From an uncultured bacterium (GTDB taxonomy: Bacteria > Latescibacterota > UBA2968 > UBA8231), in assembly GCA_964011675.1 (NCBI GenBank), contig CAXGPR010000007.1, forward strand, positions 4,126-68,125: DNA of 64,000 nucleotides, read 5' to 3'. Both the position numbers and the translations under genes were made by a program. Within the stretch, counting starts at the first letter, position 1. The number at the start of each line of letters is the position of its first letter. The notes below the pieces were generated by a model that was not told the origin of the DNA, ran no database searches, and was given only the letters and a program-made list of their open reading frames with translations. This document shows positions 1 to 9,420 of this stretch, one piece after another.

Positions 1-1
1 C

Positions 2-2080
2 GTGCTACTCCTTTTTCTACGCAGTGCTAGTAGCGTAACCATTATCGTGACAGCTATCCCTATCTCAATTGTCGGCACATTTTTAGCCATGGCCTTACTG
101 GGTCGCAATATCAACGTTATCAGCCTAGCCGGGATGAGCTTTGCCATAGGCATGGTCGTCGATAATGCTATCGTTGCACTCGAAAATATTTTTCGCCATA
201 GACAGATGGGGAAATCGCGGTCCCAAGCAGCGTATGACGGCGCCCGCGAAGTTTGGGGCGCCATGCTAGCCAGTACGCTCACAACAGTAGCGATTTTTCT
301 ACCCATCGTCTTTGTGGAAGACGAGGCCGGCCAGCTCTTTCGCGACATTGCGATCGCTGTTTCCTGCTCCGTAGTCCTCAGCCTCGTCGTAGCCATAAGC
401 GTCATACCCAGCCTAGCGAAACAAATACTCAGCCGTAAAAAAGAAACAAAGGCGGGGTGGTTGGAACAACTCGGCGGACGCGTGCGCGATTCGATAGCAA
501 ACAGCGTGTATAAGATCAGCGGTAACACAGCATTGCGCCTAAGCGTCGTAATACTGCTCGTGGGTATTTCGCTGGGAATCGCTTGGAATTTGCTGCCCAA
601 ATCCGAATATTTGCCCACGGGCAATCGCAACCTAGTATTTGGTATCGTACTTCCTCCACCAGGATATAATCTCGATGAGTTAGTCGCAGTAGGACAAGTG
701 ATTGAAGACGTTCTACGTCCGCGCTGGGAAGCCTCACCTGACAGCCCAGAAGCAGAGGCGCTTGGTGATGCACTAGTCGAAAATATGTTTTTTGTCGCTT
801 TCGGCCGCAGCGCCTTCATGGGAGCAAGCGCCACGGATCCCACTAAGGTCAAGGATTTGATACCGATTATTCAGGGACCCGTATTTGGCGGCGTGCCGGG
901 TACGTTAGCCATAGTGCAGCAATCGAGTCTCTTTCAGGGAGGCGGCAGTCGCGCAATAGACATCGAGATAACGGGTCCCGATTTGGTCCAGTTGATCCAG
1001 CTTGGGGGACGAATATTTGGTCAAGTCAGACAGGTCTTACCCGATGCGCAAGCGCGTCCCATTCCGGGGTTAGACTTGGGTAATCCTGAGGTGCGGATTA
1101 TACCCGACCGTATTAAGGCTGCAGATTTAGGCCTCTCAGCACGCGACATAGGGACGGCAGTCAACGCACTCATGGATGGTGCAACCATCGACGGATATCA
1201 GTATTTGGGCGAGGAAATCGACCTCGTGCTACGAGGCGATAGAGACTGGTTCCGCACGCAGGACATCGGAACGCTGCCCATTTATACCCCGAGCGGCCAG
1301 CTCGTACCTCTTTCAACGGTGGCACGAGTAGAGGTAACCACGGGCCCCGAACAAATTAACCACAGCGAGAGAAGTCGCACCATCAGCATCCAAGTTATTC
1401 CCCCTGAGACCTTGCCATTAGAAACTGCTTTGGACAATATCCGGCGGGAGATTGTGGACCCGCTGCTCGAATCGGGCGAGTTACAACCTCCCTATGCAAT
1501 CCGCTTGTCGGGTTCCGCAGACGATCTCAAGCGAACGCGCGAAGCGCTGCAGTGGAACTTCTTACTCGCTATCATCATAACCTACTTACTCATGGCATCG
1601 CTTTTTGAGAGCTTTCTCTACCCCTTAGTTATCATGCTAAGCGTGCCTCCTGCACTGGCAGGTGGTATTCTAGGGCTTGAAATAGTCAATATCACGTTGA
1701 CCTACCAGCCACTCGATATCCTAACGATGCTCGGCTTTGTCATTCTGATTGGGGTCGTGGTTAACAACGCTATTTTGATTATCCACCAAACCCTTAACAT
1801 CCTTTATCAAAATGAAAAAATTCCAATAAAAGATGCCATACGCGACTCAGTAGCAAGTCGTGTGCGCCCCATTTTTATGTCGGTTATCACCAGCGCACTT
1901 GGGATGCTACCTTTAGTCATATTTCCCGGTGCCGGTTCAGAGCTTTATAGGGGCTTGGGCAGTGTCGTCATAGGCGGCTTGCTTATGTCAACGCTCTTCA
2001 CTCTCTTTTTAGTGCCGACTTTTCTCAGCCTGGCGATGGACATAGGCGCTTGGTTTCACACGCGCACACAACGCTCCTAA
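2..2080 (+). CDS. RND-family efflux transporter permease subunit (AcrB/HAE1-like), C-terminal 692 aa; 5' end lies outside the window
   Basis: ORF is open at position 2. It has multiple TM segments and AcrB-family motifs (NAIVALENIF..., a large periplasmic loop, C-terminal TM bundle). Stop TAA at 2078-2080. Confidence 0.85.
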   Translation: MLLLFLRSASSVTIIVTAIPISIVGTFLAMALLGRNINVISLAGMSFAIGMVVDNAIVALENIFRHRQMGKSRSQAAYDGAREVWGAMLASTLTTVAIFLPIVFVEDEAGQLFRDIAIAVSCSVVLSLVVAISVIPSLAKQILSRKKETKAGWLEQLGGRVRDSIANSVYKISGNTALRLSVVILLVGISLGIAWNLLPKSEYLPTGNRNLVFGIVLPPPGYNLDELVAVGQVIEDVLRPRWEASPDSPEAEALGDALVENMFFVAFGRSAFMGASATDPTKVKDLIPIIQGPVFGGVPGTLAIVQQSSLFQGGGSRAIDIEITGPDLVQLIQLGGRIFGQVRQVLPDAQARPIPGLDLGNPEVRIIPDRIKAADLGLSARDIGTAVNALMDGATIDGYQYLGEEIDLVLRGDRDWFRTQDIGTLPIYTPSGQLVPLSTVARVEVTTGPEQINHSERSRTISIQVIPPETLPLETALDNIRREIVDPLLESGELQPPYAIRLSGSADDLKRTREALQWNFLLAIIITYLLMASLFESFLYPLVIMLSVPPALAGGILGLEIVNITLTYQPLDILTMLGFVILIGVVVNNAILIIHQTLNILYQNEKIPIKDAIRDSVASRVRPIFMSVITSALGMLPLVIFPGAGSELYRGLGSVVIGGLLMSTLFTLFLVPTFLSLAMDIGAWFHTRTQRS

Positions 2081-2084
2081 AACA

Positions 2085-2130
2085 CACAGAGAGGGCCGGT
2101 CACCGAATGTTGTGACCAGCCCTCTCTGTG
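2085..2130. repeat. Near-perfect inverted repeat hairpin (19-nt arms, 8-nt loop, 1 mismatch) 5 nt after the RND gene stop; possible terminator or REP-like element
   Basis: cacagagagggccggtcac / cgaatgtt / gtgaccagccctctctgtg, read directly. It sits between convergent genes. No clean T-run follows. Confidence 0.4.
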
Positions 2131-2407
2131 CTTACGTTAGCCTTCTTTTCACGACGGTCAGTTCAGAATCTTTTCTTCGTCCTCTTCTAGTAAGTGTTCT
2201 GCGATTAGTAGACCGTCTCCCGTCTCAAAAAGTAGATTATGAGAGTACTCATAAACCTGCGTATCCTTACAAAAACATAGCGAGCGACCCATTGTTTCAT
2301 TTTTCGCTAGAACCGTGCAAGCCCCATATCCGCTGCGTAAATTACGGCGGGACTAAGAAGTGCGTTGTCCCACAATCATTTAGGACCACAGCCTAGCGAA
2401 ATTAAGC

Positions 2408-3055
2408 TCAGAAAGTGACCCGAACGCCCAAAGACGGTACAGGACTAAGCCCTCCTGCCACTGTACTTACCTCGATATCCCATACCATTGACCGATCATT
2501 CATCGCCCGCACCTTGTCTCTCAGCTGGTAGAGCGAAGCAATCTTTATCCAAGCTGACAGCGGAGCCCATCCAGCTGCGCCGTCTTCCCCCGTGGCAATT
2601 GCGGTGCCCACTGCGATTCCTGTAAGTCCCCACAAAGCCAATGCCTGACGCATCTCACCTATGTACATGTAGCCAGATCCTGGCACCACGGCTTCGAGAA
2701 CCAGCGCCCTCAGCATAGACTTATCAACGGAGACGAAGGCGCTTCGCGTTTGTATCCGATAATCTCCCAAGGTTCGTACGGAGCGCATATCGGCAAGCGC
2801 GTAAACAGCACTCCGACGCTGTAATGCACCATAAATCTCCATCACGTCGGCACTGTCCGAACCGACCGATTCGACCCGAATAGAACGCAGGCGTCCGTCT
2901 GCGAGAATGACTTCTGCCCACAGGTTATCCACCTGTAACAGTTCAAGTTTGTTCCTAATGCCATCCGATGCCTCCTGCGCCCCTACCCCCACCAGAGTGA
3001 AGAGAAGAAACCCTGTAAGGCCCCATGCGAAACGGCTCATATTTTTTACAATCAA
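2408..3055 (-). CDS. Hypothetical exported/membrane-anchored protein (N-terminal signal peptide, C-terminal hydrophobic segment)
   Basis: 215-aa ORF. Hydrophobic N-terminus (FAWGLTGFLLFTLVGVGAQEA) and a TM-like segment near the C-terminus. No recognisable family. True start may be the Met 5 codons in. Confidence 0.45.
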   Translation of the reverse strand: MIVKNMSRFAWGLTGFLLFTLVGVGAQEASDGIRNKLELLQVDNLWAEVILADGRLRSIRVESVGSDSADVMEIYGALQRRSAVYALADMRSVRTLGDYRIQTRSAFVSVDKSMLRALVLEAVVPGSGYMYIGEMRQALALWGLTGIAVGTAIATGEDGAAGWAPLSAWIKIASLYQLRDKVRAMNDRSMVWDIEVSTVAGGLSPVPSLGVRVTF

Positions 3056-3238
3056 AATTTCAGCTCACTGGATAAGTTTTGCGGTTGTCAATCTACTTTT
3101 ACCCTCGGCAAGTGTCAAGCACGTTGCATTTGTAAAAGAGCGGTGAAGACAACTTAGTAACTGCCGATAATATTAAAAAAAGGGGCTGTATGCGGCTCAA
3201 GCCTGAACAGATCCAGCTGACAGGGACGTTGACTCAAA

Positions 3239-3265
3239 CCCCACAGGGATGTGGGGACTTTTTTT
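3239..3265 (+). terminator. Canonical intrinsic terminator on the + strand with no upstream + strand gene (orphan)
   Basis: ccccaca-GGGA-tgtgggg is a 7-bp G/C-rich stem with a GNRA-type tetraloop, followed by a T7 run (3259-3265). It lies about 80 nt upstream of the 3345 CDS start. Confidence 0.6.
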
Positions 3266-3344
3266 ATAGGCTTCTCTCATTGCCCGGTTTTAAAACAACC
3301 TGTATCTTCAGCGCACCTGAAGAATATAACCGGGAACATACATT

Positions 3345-4133
3345 TTGCTACAACCAGATTTAGAGCTTGCTATTCATGTCGCACGAGAAGCGGGTGCCCT
3401 GACGCTAAAATACTTCGGTGGACAGTACGAAATCGAGGATAAAGGAGGCGGCGATCCGCTGACAACAGCCGACCTTGCTGCCAACGCCGTAATCTCAGAA
3501 CGGCTCCGGTCTGCCCGCCCAGACTACGGCTGGCTTTCAGAAGAAACTGTTGACGATAAGACACGCATGTTGTGCCAGAAAACTTGGATCGTCGACCCAA
3601 TTGATGGAACACGCGAATTTGTCGAAGGTCTTCCAGAGTATGTGGTCTGCATAGCTCTGTGTGATAATGGAATGCCGACCATAGGAGTGATTTATAACCC
3701 CGCTCGCGACGCGCTCTATGCCGCCGTGCATCAGGGTGGTGCCTTCCTCAACGGCAAACGAATTTTCTGCTCTGAAACAAGCTGCCTCAACGTTGCAACT
3801 TCCATAGTCAGCCGCAGCGAAGACAAACGGGGAGAAATCAACCCTTTTCGCCCCCATCTGCGTATGGTGACTCCCGTTGGAAGCGTCGCCTATAAGCTAG
3901 CGCTAGTCGCCGCTGGCGAAACCGATATGAACTTCAGCATACAGCCTAAGAACGAATGGGACGTTTGCGCAGGCGACCTACTAATTCGCGAAGCGGGAGG
4001 ACACATGCTAGACCTACAAGGCAACGTGCGCCTATATAATCAGATCGACCCCCTGATACGAGGCGGTCTCGTTGCCGGCAATTCCGAATTAACACGCCAA
4101 TTTCTGCACCTTATAGGTGAGGTCAGAAAATGA
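3345..4133 (+). CDS. Inositol monophosphatase family protein (SuhB/CysQ-like phosphatase)
   Basis: WIVDPIDGTREF motif and overall IMPase-family layout. TTG start. Overlaps the downstream gene by 4 nt (ATGA). Confidence 0.8.
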   Translation: MLQPDLELAIHVAREAGALTLKYFGGQYEIEDKGGGDPLTTADLAANAVISERLRSARPDYGWLSEETVDDKTRMLCQKTWIVDPIDGTREFVEGLPEYVVCIALCDNGMPTIGVIYNPARDALYAAVHQGGAFLNGKRIFCSETSCLNVATSIVSRSEDKRGEINPFRPHLRMVTPVGSVAYKLALVAAGETDMNFSIQPKNEWDVCAGDLLIREAGGHMLDLQGNVRLYNQIDPLIRGGLVAGNSELTRQFLHLIGEVRK

Positions 4134-5848
4134 AAAGTGCTCGTGAAATAGCTCGCTTTCTGGACGAATATTGCACCCTCCTAGAGCTAAATGGCGCAGA
4201 TGCATTTCGCACTCGAGCCTATGCCAATGCCGTCCGCATATTCGATAGTTTTTCTGAAAATATTGAGGATGTCATTGCACAAGATGCGCTCACTAAAATT
4301 AAGGGCATCGGCAAAAGCATGTCTGCGCTAATCAGCGAATTTGCACGAGAAGGCACGGCACAAGCCTATGAGAAGCTGCGCGCAGAAACGCCGAAGGGCC
4401 TGCTTGATATGCTACGCGTCCCCGGTCTCGGCCCTCGCAAGATACACGCAATTCGTAGCGGGCTGGGCATAGAAGATTTAGAGGGACTGTCTGCTGCCTG
4501 TAGAAATGGACAGTTGGACGCGCTAAAGGGATTCGGCAAAAAGACCCAAGAAAATATTCTTAAGGGCATTGAACACATCAAACGCTACCAAGATCGCTCC
4601 CGTGCCGATTTAGCCCATCAGAGCGCACGCCATCTTATCGAGGCCCTCGAAGCCCACCCTGCAACCCAGCGAGTAGAGGCAGCCGGATCGCTGCGTCGGC
4701 GACGCGAGACTGTTAAGGACATAGATATCGTGCTTAGCTCTACGGATCCTGAATCGAGCACAAACTGCTTTGTCGAACACGAATCTGTGAGCGAAATTAT
4801 TCAACGCGGTCAGACCAAGAGCGCAGTCCGTCTCCAGAGCGGTATCCAGGCGGATCTTCGCGTTGTAAGCGACGTAGAGTTCCCCTACGTGCTACATCAT
4901 TTTACGGGCAGTAAGGATCACAATGTAGCGCTGCGTGCGCGCGCCATTGAAATGGGCATGAAGATTAATGAATACGGCCTCTTCACCGACGATGAGCGCA
5001 TTGAATGCGCAGATGAAACATCTTTTTTTCGCGCACTTGGCCTCGATTTTATTGCCCCCGAACTTCGCGAGGGCTTAGATGAAATAGAAGCGGCAGCCAG
5101 CGGCGTTTTACCCAAACTCATAAGAGAAGAAGATATACGCGGCATGCTACATCTCCACTCGACCTACAGCGACGGAGCCGATTCGGTTGCAGAGATGGCC
5201 GCGGCCGTTCAAAAACGCGGCTACTCCTACATGGGAATGACCGACCATAGTCAATCTGCCGCATATGCCGGCGGCCTTAAAGTCGATACAGTCAGGCGCC
5301 AATGGGACGAGATTGACGTACTCAACGAAACAATGGCACCCTTCCACATTTTCAAGGGCATTGAGTCCGATATCCTGACGGATGGATCGCTCGATTACGC
5401 AGACTCAATATTGGAACAGTTCGATTTCGTCGTCGCATCCGTTCACTCGCAGTTCAACCTGAATCGCAATGCCATGACAGAGCGTTTTTTACGCGCTATA
5501 GAGCATCCTGCAACCACGATTATCGGGCACCTGACGGGACGACTGCTCTTGGATCGTGAGGGATATGAGCTCGATCATGAAGCCATTTTTGAAGCCGCCG
5601 CAAAAAAGCGCGTGAGCATAGAAATCAATGCGCATCCTGCCCGCTTAGACCTCGATTGGCGCCACGTCCAGCATGCACACCAAGCGGGCGTAGTCATCAG
5701 TATTAATACCGATGCTCACCACCTATCGGGACTCGACCATCTAACGTATGGCGTAGGCTGCGCGAGAAAAGGTTGGCTCACCAGTCAAGACGTTTTAAAT
5801 ACCCTGGATGTAAATGAATTCAGCCGTTTTTTGCGCGAACGAACCTAA
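4130..5848 (+). CDS. polX: DNA polymerase X family protein with C-terminal PHP phosphoesterase domain
   Basis: N-terminal 8-kDa/HhH region (FRTRAYANAVRI, GIGKSM). Pol-beta-like core. PHP domain motifs (HLHSTYSDGA, MTDHSQ, NTDAHH). 572 aa is typical of bacterial PolX. Confidence 0.85.
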   Translation: MKSAREIARFLDEYCTLLELNGADAFRTRAYANAVRIFDSFSENIEDVIAQDALTKIKGIGKSMSALISEFAREGTAQAYEKLRAETPKGLLDMLRVPGLGPRKIHAIRSGLGIEDLEGLSAACRNGQLDALKGFGKKTQENILKGIEHIKRYQDRSRADLAHQSARHLIEALEAHPATQRVEAAGSLRRRRETVKDIDIVLSSTDPESSTNCFVEHESVSEIIQRGQTKSAVRLQSGIQADLRVVSDVEFPYVLHHFTGSKDHNVALRARAIEMGMKINEYGLFTDDERIECADETSFFRALGLDFIAPELREGLDEIEAAASGVLPKLIREEDIRGMLHLHSTYSDGADSVAEMAAAVQKRGYSYMGMTDHSQSAAYAGGLKVDTVRRQWDEIDVLNETMAPFHIFKGIESDILTDGSLDYADSILEQFDFVVASVHSQFNLNRNAMTERFLRAIEHPATTIIGHLTGRLLLDREGYELDHEAIFEAAAKKRVSIEINAHPARLDLDWRHVQHAHQAGVVISINTDAHHLSGLDHLTYGVGCARKGWLTSQDVLNTLDVNEFSRFLRERT

Positions 5849-6458
5849 AACCACTCGACCTCATTTAATCGCCATTGCAGGTCCATCCTGCGCAGGCAAA
5901 ACTACGCTCGCCAAAAGACTGGTCCAAACACTTCCCGAAGCTGTCCATTTTCCACTCGACGCCTACTATACAGATCTATCTGATATTCCGCTGGAACAGA
6001 GAAAGCGCCATAACTTTGACCACCCCAGTGCATTAGATTATAGTCTCCTGCATACCGATTTACAGATGCTGGCAAATGGGCAATCGATTTGTGCACCCGT
6101 ATATGATTTTTACACCCATACCCGCAAATCCATCACCCACCCAATCGCCTCACCTAGATATCTGCTCATAGAAGGCGTGTTTGCACTGTATTTCCCCGCA
6201 CTCCGCGCACTTTATGACTATTGTATTTACGTCGACGTTTGCTCGAATACCTCTTTGGAACGCAGGATACGACGAGACTCAATTGAGCGCGGCCGCCTCG
6301 AAGATCATGTTCGCCAACAGTTTACTTGCCAAATTGACCCCATGGCACAGCGCTACATTCTCCCCACGCGACCCCATGCAGACCGCGTTGTGAGGGGCAC
6401 GGATTCGCCTTCAATGCTGTGTGCACAAATCCAAAAAGCCTGTATTAATCTCAAGTAG
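5814..6458 (+). CDS. udk: Uridine kinase (P-loop nucleoside kinase, Udk/PRK family)
   Basis: IAIAGPSCAGKTTLAKRL P-loop, NFDHPSALD, RRIRRDSIERGR, ADRVV. All are conserved Udk motifs. Overlaps the polX 3' end by 35 nt. Confidence 0.75.
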   Translation: MNSAVFCANEPKTTRPHLIAIAGPSCAGKTTLAKRLVQTLPEAVHFPLDAYYTDLSDIPLEQRKRHNFDHPSALDYSLLHTDLQMLANGQSICAPVYDFYTHTRKSITHPIASPRYLLIEGVFALYFPALRALYDYCIYVDVCSNTSLERRIRRDSIERGRLEDHVRQQFTCQIDPMAQRYILPTRPHADRVVRGTDSPSMLCAQIQKACINLK

Positions 6459-6655
6459 GAGAGAATACGGAGACTCTACCAAGAAAATGATAGTCCATTA
6501 CAATGCGCCCTACTTAAACGGGAAACAGATAACTAGTGACTGAATGAATAGACCAGTATATATTCTAGTGAGTCTACAGGATACGGTCATTCGAGTCGCT
6601 CTAAAGAGCACGCACTTCGTCCACGACATTCTCTTTCTTAAGAGTCAAATCTGCA

Positions 6656-8794
6656 ATGATACAGCCGAGAAATAGATCGAGTAAACGCAATAAAAGGGAT
6701 GCAACCTCTCTCGACGAGCGCTTTCTAGAACGCTTAGGAGAACAGGAGGAAAAACCCCAACAGGACCCAGGTGAAGGCCGGCCCTTTGGAACAATGCCAA
6801 ACACATGGATGGTTGTGGAAACTGATCCACGTGGACAAGAGGCCGTACTCGCGCACCTTAGCCTCGGCGGTGACACCAGCATAACGCCTAGTCACATAAT
6901 AGGAGCTCTGAGCGAGCACTATAACATTCGAGAAGGCATTGACGAAGAAGCTATAAAAATTTTATTAGAGCGCGCACTAGAAAGACCCGATGCCATACTA
7001 CATTCCGGTCAAGTCATCGCGCGAGCTAAAAAAGCTGTTCCAGGAGATGATGGGCGCATCGATTGGGTGGGAAAACTTAATGAAAAGCGCCTAACCGAAT
7101 CGTTCCAAGTCCATGCAGCACTTAAGCTGAATTCCTTGGAATCTGCCATGAAGTGCGATGCCCGTAGTTTCCTCGTTTTCCCAGAACAGGTTTTGGCTCA
7201 TGTCTACCCTGAAACCGAAGGCAAACCAGGACTTAATATCTTTGGCGAAGAGAGCCTCATACCCGGACGCCCTCTACCTCTTGAACTGGGCGAAAACTTA
7301 CACATAGAAGACGATAAAATTATTGCCGAATCCTTTGGTTACCTAGGTATGGGAGAGGGCGTATTGTCTATTGTTCCTCCCCTGTGGATAGCGGAAGACT
7401 CAATGCGTGCGGTATACTGCCACATGAAGTTATTTACCAGAGCATCTATACCGACCGAAGACATCATCCGTAACGCTCTAGTCAACTGCAACGTAACCTA
7501 TGGCATAAACAATCGAGCAATTGAGAAACTCTGTAGCAAACGGCTGTCTCCAAAGCGCAAGCGGGTCTTAACTATGGCCCGGGGGGGGCCACCGATCGAC
7601 GGTGAAGACACACGTATTGAATACACTTTTGAACCTGATGAGCGCCCGGGAAAAATCATGCCTGATGGCAGCATCGACTTTCGCGAACGTAATGTGGTTA
7701 CCGGTGTATATGAAGACCAGTTACTAGCCACGGTCCACCCAGCTACGGAAGGCATCAAGGGATACACAATATTCAACGAAGAGCTAAATGCAAAAGACGG
7801 ACAAGAATATTTTTATGAGGCGGGAGAGAACGTGCGCACCGAAGGCAATCCTCCAGCCAAGTTTTTCTCTACAGTAGAGGGGAATGCCCACGTTGAAGGA
7901 GAAACCATACACGTTAAACCTATAGTCGTTATTAACGGCGACGTTGATTACGAAACAGGTAATATCGACACCACAACTGACGTCCAAATATCAGGCAACG
8001 TGAAAGCGGGATTCACCGTCGAGTCCGAAGGCACCATTATGGTCTCCGGTTCGGTCGAATCAGGCGCAACCGTGATTGCGGGTGGAGACGTTGTCGTATC
8101 ACAAGGCATTGTTGGCGAGCATACCGACGTTGTTGCGCGCGGACTGATTTCTATGGGTACGATACAATGCAAATTTATTCAAACAGCTAAAGTATTGGCC
8201 AAAGATACGATTGAAGTAGGCAGCTACATATTCAACTCGCTAGTCCGCTGCAACGGAAATGTTGTAGTCCATTCAGGCGGCGGAAGCCGCGGAGGTAGCA
8301 TTGTTGGAGGTGAAGTGTTTGCAGCTAACGCAATTGAGGCCAAAAATGTCGGTTCGTCCACAACCGCAGGCACTATAGTTGGTCTCAACATTGATCCTGT
8401 GACCGCTATTAAACTAGCTAAACTGAGAAAAGAACATCACGAGTTGAATCGCTCGATCGAACTGCATTTACGCACACTAGGTCTCGATACGATTGACAAC
8501 GATCGCATTAAGATAATTCTAAACACTACGCCAAAGTCCCGACGTGCTGATATTTCTGAAATAATAGCCAAACTCTACGAGGCTAAAGAAGTGCGTGATG
8601 GGGTGATGACTGAGATCTGGCCATTGGCTGAAAAGGATTCAGGGGTAGCAGAAAACGCCAAAATAGAAATTACTGGCACAATTTACCACGGCGCGGAGGT
8701 ACATCTTGGTCAGTCGATCCTTGTGGTCGACCAAGATATAAAACAATCGCGTTTTTATCAGCAAGATGATGCGGTAACGCATCAGTCGCTCTAA
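6656..8794 (+). CDS. DUF342/FapA-family protein (flagellar-assembly-protein-A-like) with C-proximal beta-helix repeats
   Basis: 712 aa. Repetitive V/I-x-G-x-V segments (VQISGNVKAGFTVESEGTIMVSGSVESGATVIAGGDVVVSQGIVG) are typical of DUF342. The N-terminus is basic and disordered. The true start could be the Met at about 6794. Confidence 0.55.
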   Translation: MIQPRNRSSKRNKRDATSLDERFLERLGEQEEKPQQDPGEGRPFGTMPNTWMVVETDPRGQEAVLAHLSLGGDTSITPSHIIGALSEHYNIREGIDEEAIKILLERALERPDAILHSGQVIARAKKAVPGDDGRIDWVGKLNEKRLTESFQVHAALKLNSLESAMKCDARSFLVFPEQVLAHVYPETEGKPGLNIFGEESLIPGRPLPLELGENLHIEDDKIIAESFGYLGMGEGVLSIVPPLWIAEDSMRAVYCHMKLFTRASIPTEDIIRNALVNCNVTYGINNRAIEKLCSKRLSPKRKRVLTMARGGPPIDGEDTRIEYTFEPDERPGKIMPDGSIDFRERNVVTGVYEDQLLATVHPATEGIKGYTIFNEELNAKDGQEYFYEAGENVRTEGNPPAKFFSTVEGNAHVEGETIHVKPIVVINGDVDYETGNIDTTTDVQISGNVKAGFTVESEGTIMVSGSVESGATVIAGGDVVVSQGIVGEHTDVVARGLISMGTIQCKFIQTAKVLAKDTIEVGSYIFNSLVRCNGNVVVHSGGGSRGGSIVGGEVFAANAIEAKNVGSSTTAGTIVGLNIDPVTAIKLAKLRKEHHELNRSIELHLRTLGLDTIDNDRIKIILNTTPKSRRADISEIIAKLYEAKEVRDGVMTEIWPLAEKDSGVAENAKIEITGTIYHGAEVHLGQSILVVDQDIKQSRFYQQDDAVTHQSL

Positions 8795-9420
8795 AGACCA
8801 TACGCCACCACAGACTAATGGGATTTATGCCCTTGGACCTCGATCAGCCAACGGTGCCTATTTGCTGCGCGTCCGACCGCCGTAGGCTGTTGGCACGCGC
8901 TTTAGCCTGCTTGCCGGATGCCAACCCATTGCTTTAGAATCCAGATCTTATGTGTATGTGGGATCAGCCATAAGCCGCGCGGGTGGATCTTCGCTGCCAA
9001 GACAGCTGATTCTATACTCTACGCGCAGCGGCTTACGTTTACAGGATACAAGCTGCACGCATTTAGTGGACTTAAAATTTTTTGTGCACCAAGGAGTATT
9101 GGCCGACGACGGACCGCTCCACCCAAGAATAAAACAACTCCATTGGAACATGGATTTTATACTCGACCTGATTCGGTTTCACCGAAGTTCCACGCAGAGA
9201 GATCTACGGGGCCTGACGCCGCCTGAGCATAAATCTTTACCCAATATTGGATACTACTTAAAGTGGTGCAACTTACAGTTCTTCAAGCACCGTATGCCCC
9301 AAGACTCCACAATATGATTAACCGCCACTACATTTCCTATAAAAACGACGACGTCAGAGATACTGAATAGCTATACCTATCATTTACAGTCGTAACGTTC
9401 CAAAACCACGGTGAATACAA

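Noticed and set aside
8880-8905. Sigma-54-like promoter TGGCACG-N4-TTAGC
   Set aside because: The -12 element does not match the TTGCW consensus (the GC dinucleotide is shifted). It lies more than 500 nt upstream of the kinase start. It is kept only as a weak note.
8918-9317. Three overlapping small ORFs (102, 121 and 67 aa) in the 626-bp gap
   Set aside because: They are mutually overlapping. They have no start context, no recognisable domains and odd amino-acid composition. The region is treated as non-coding (see finding).
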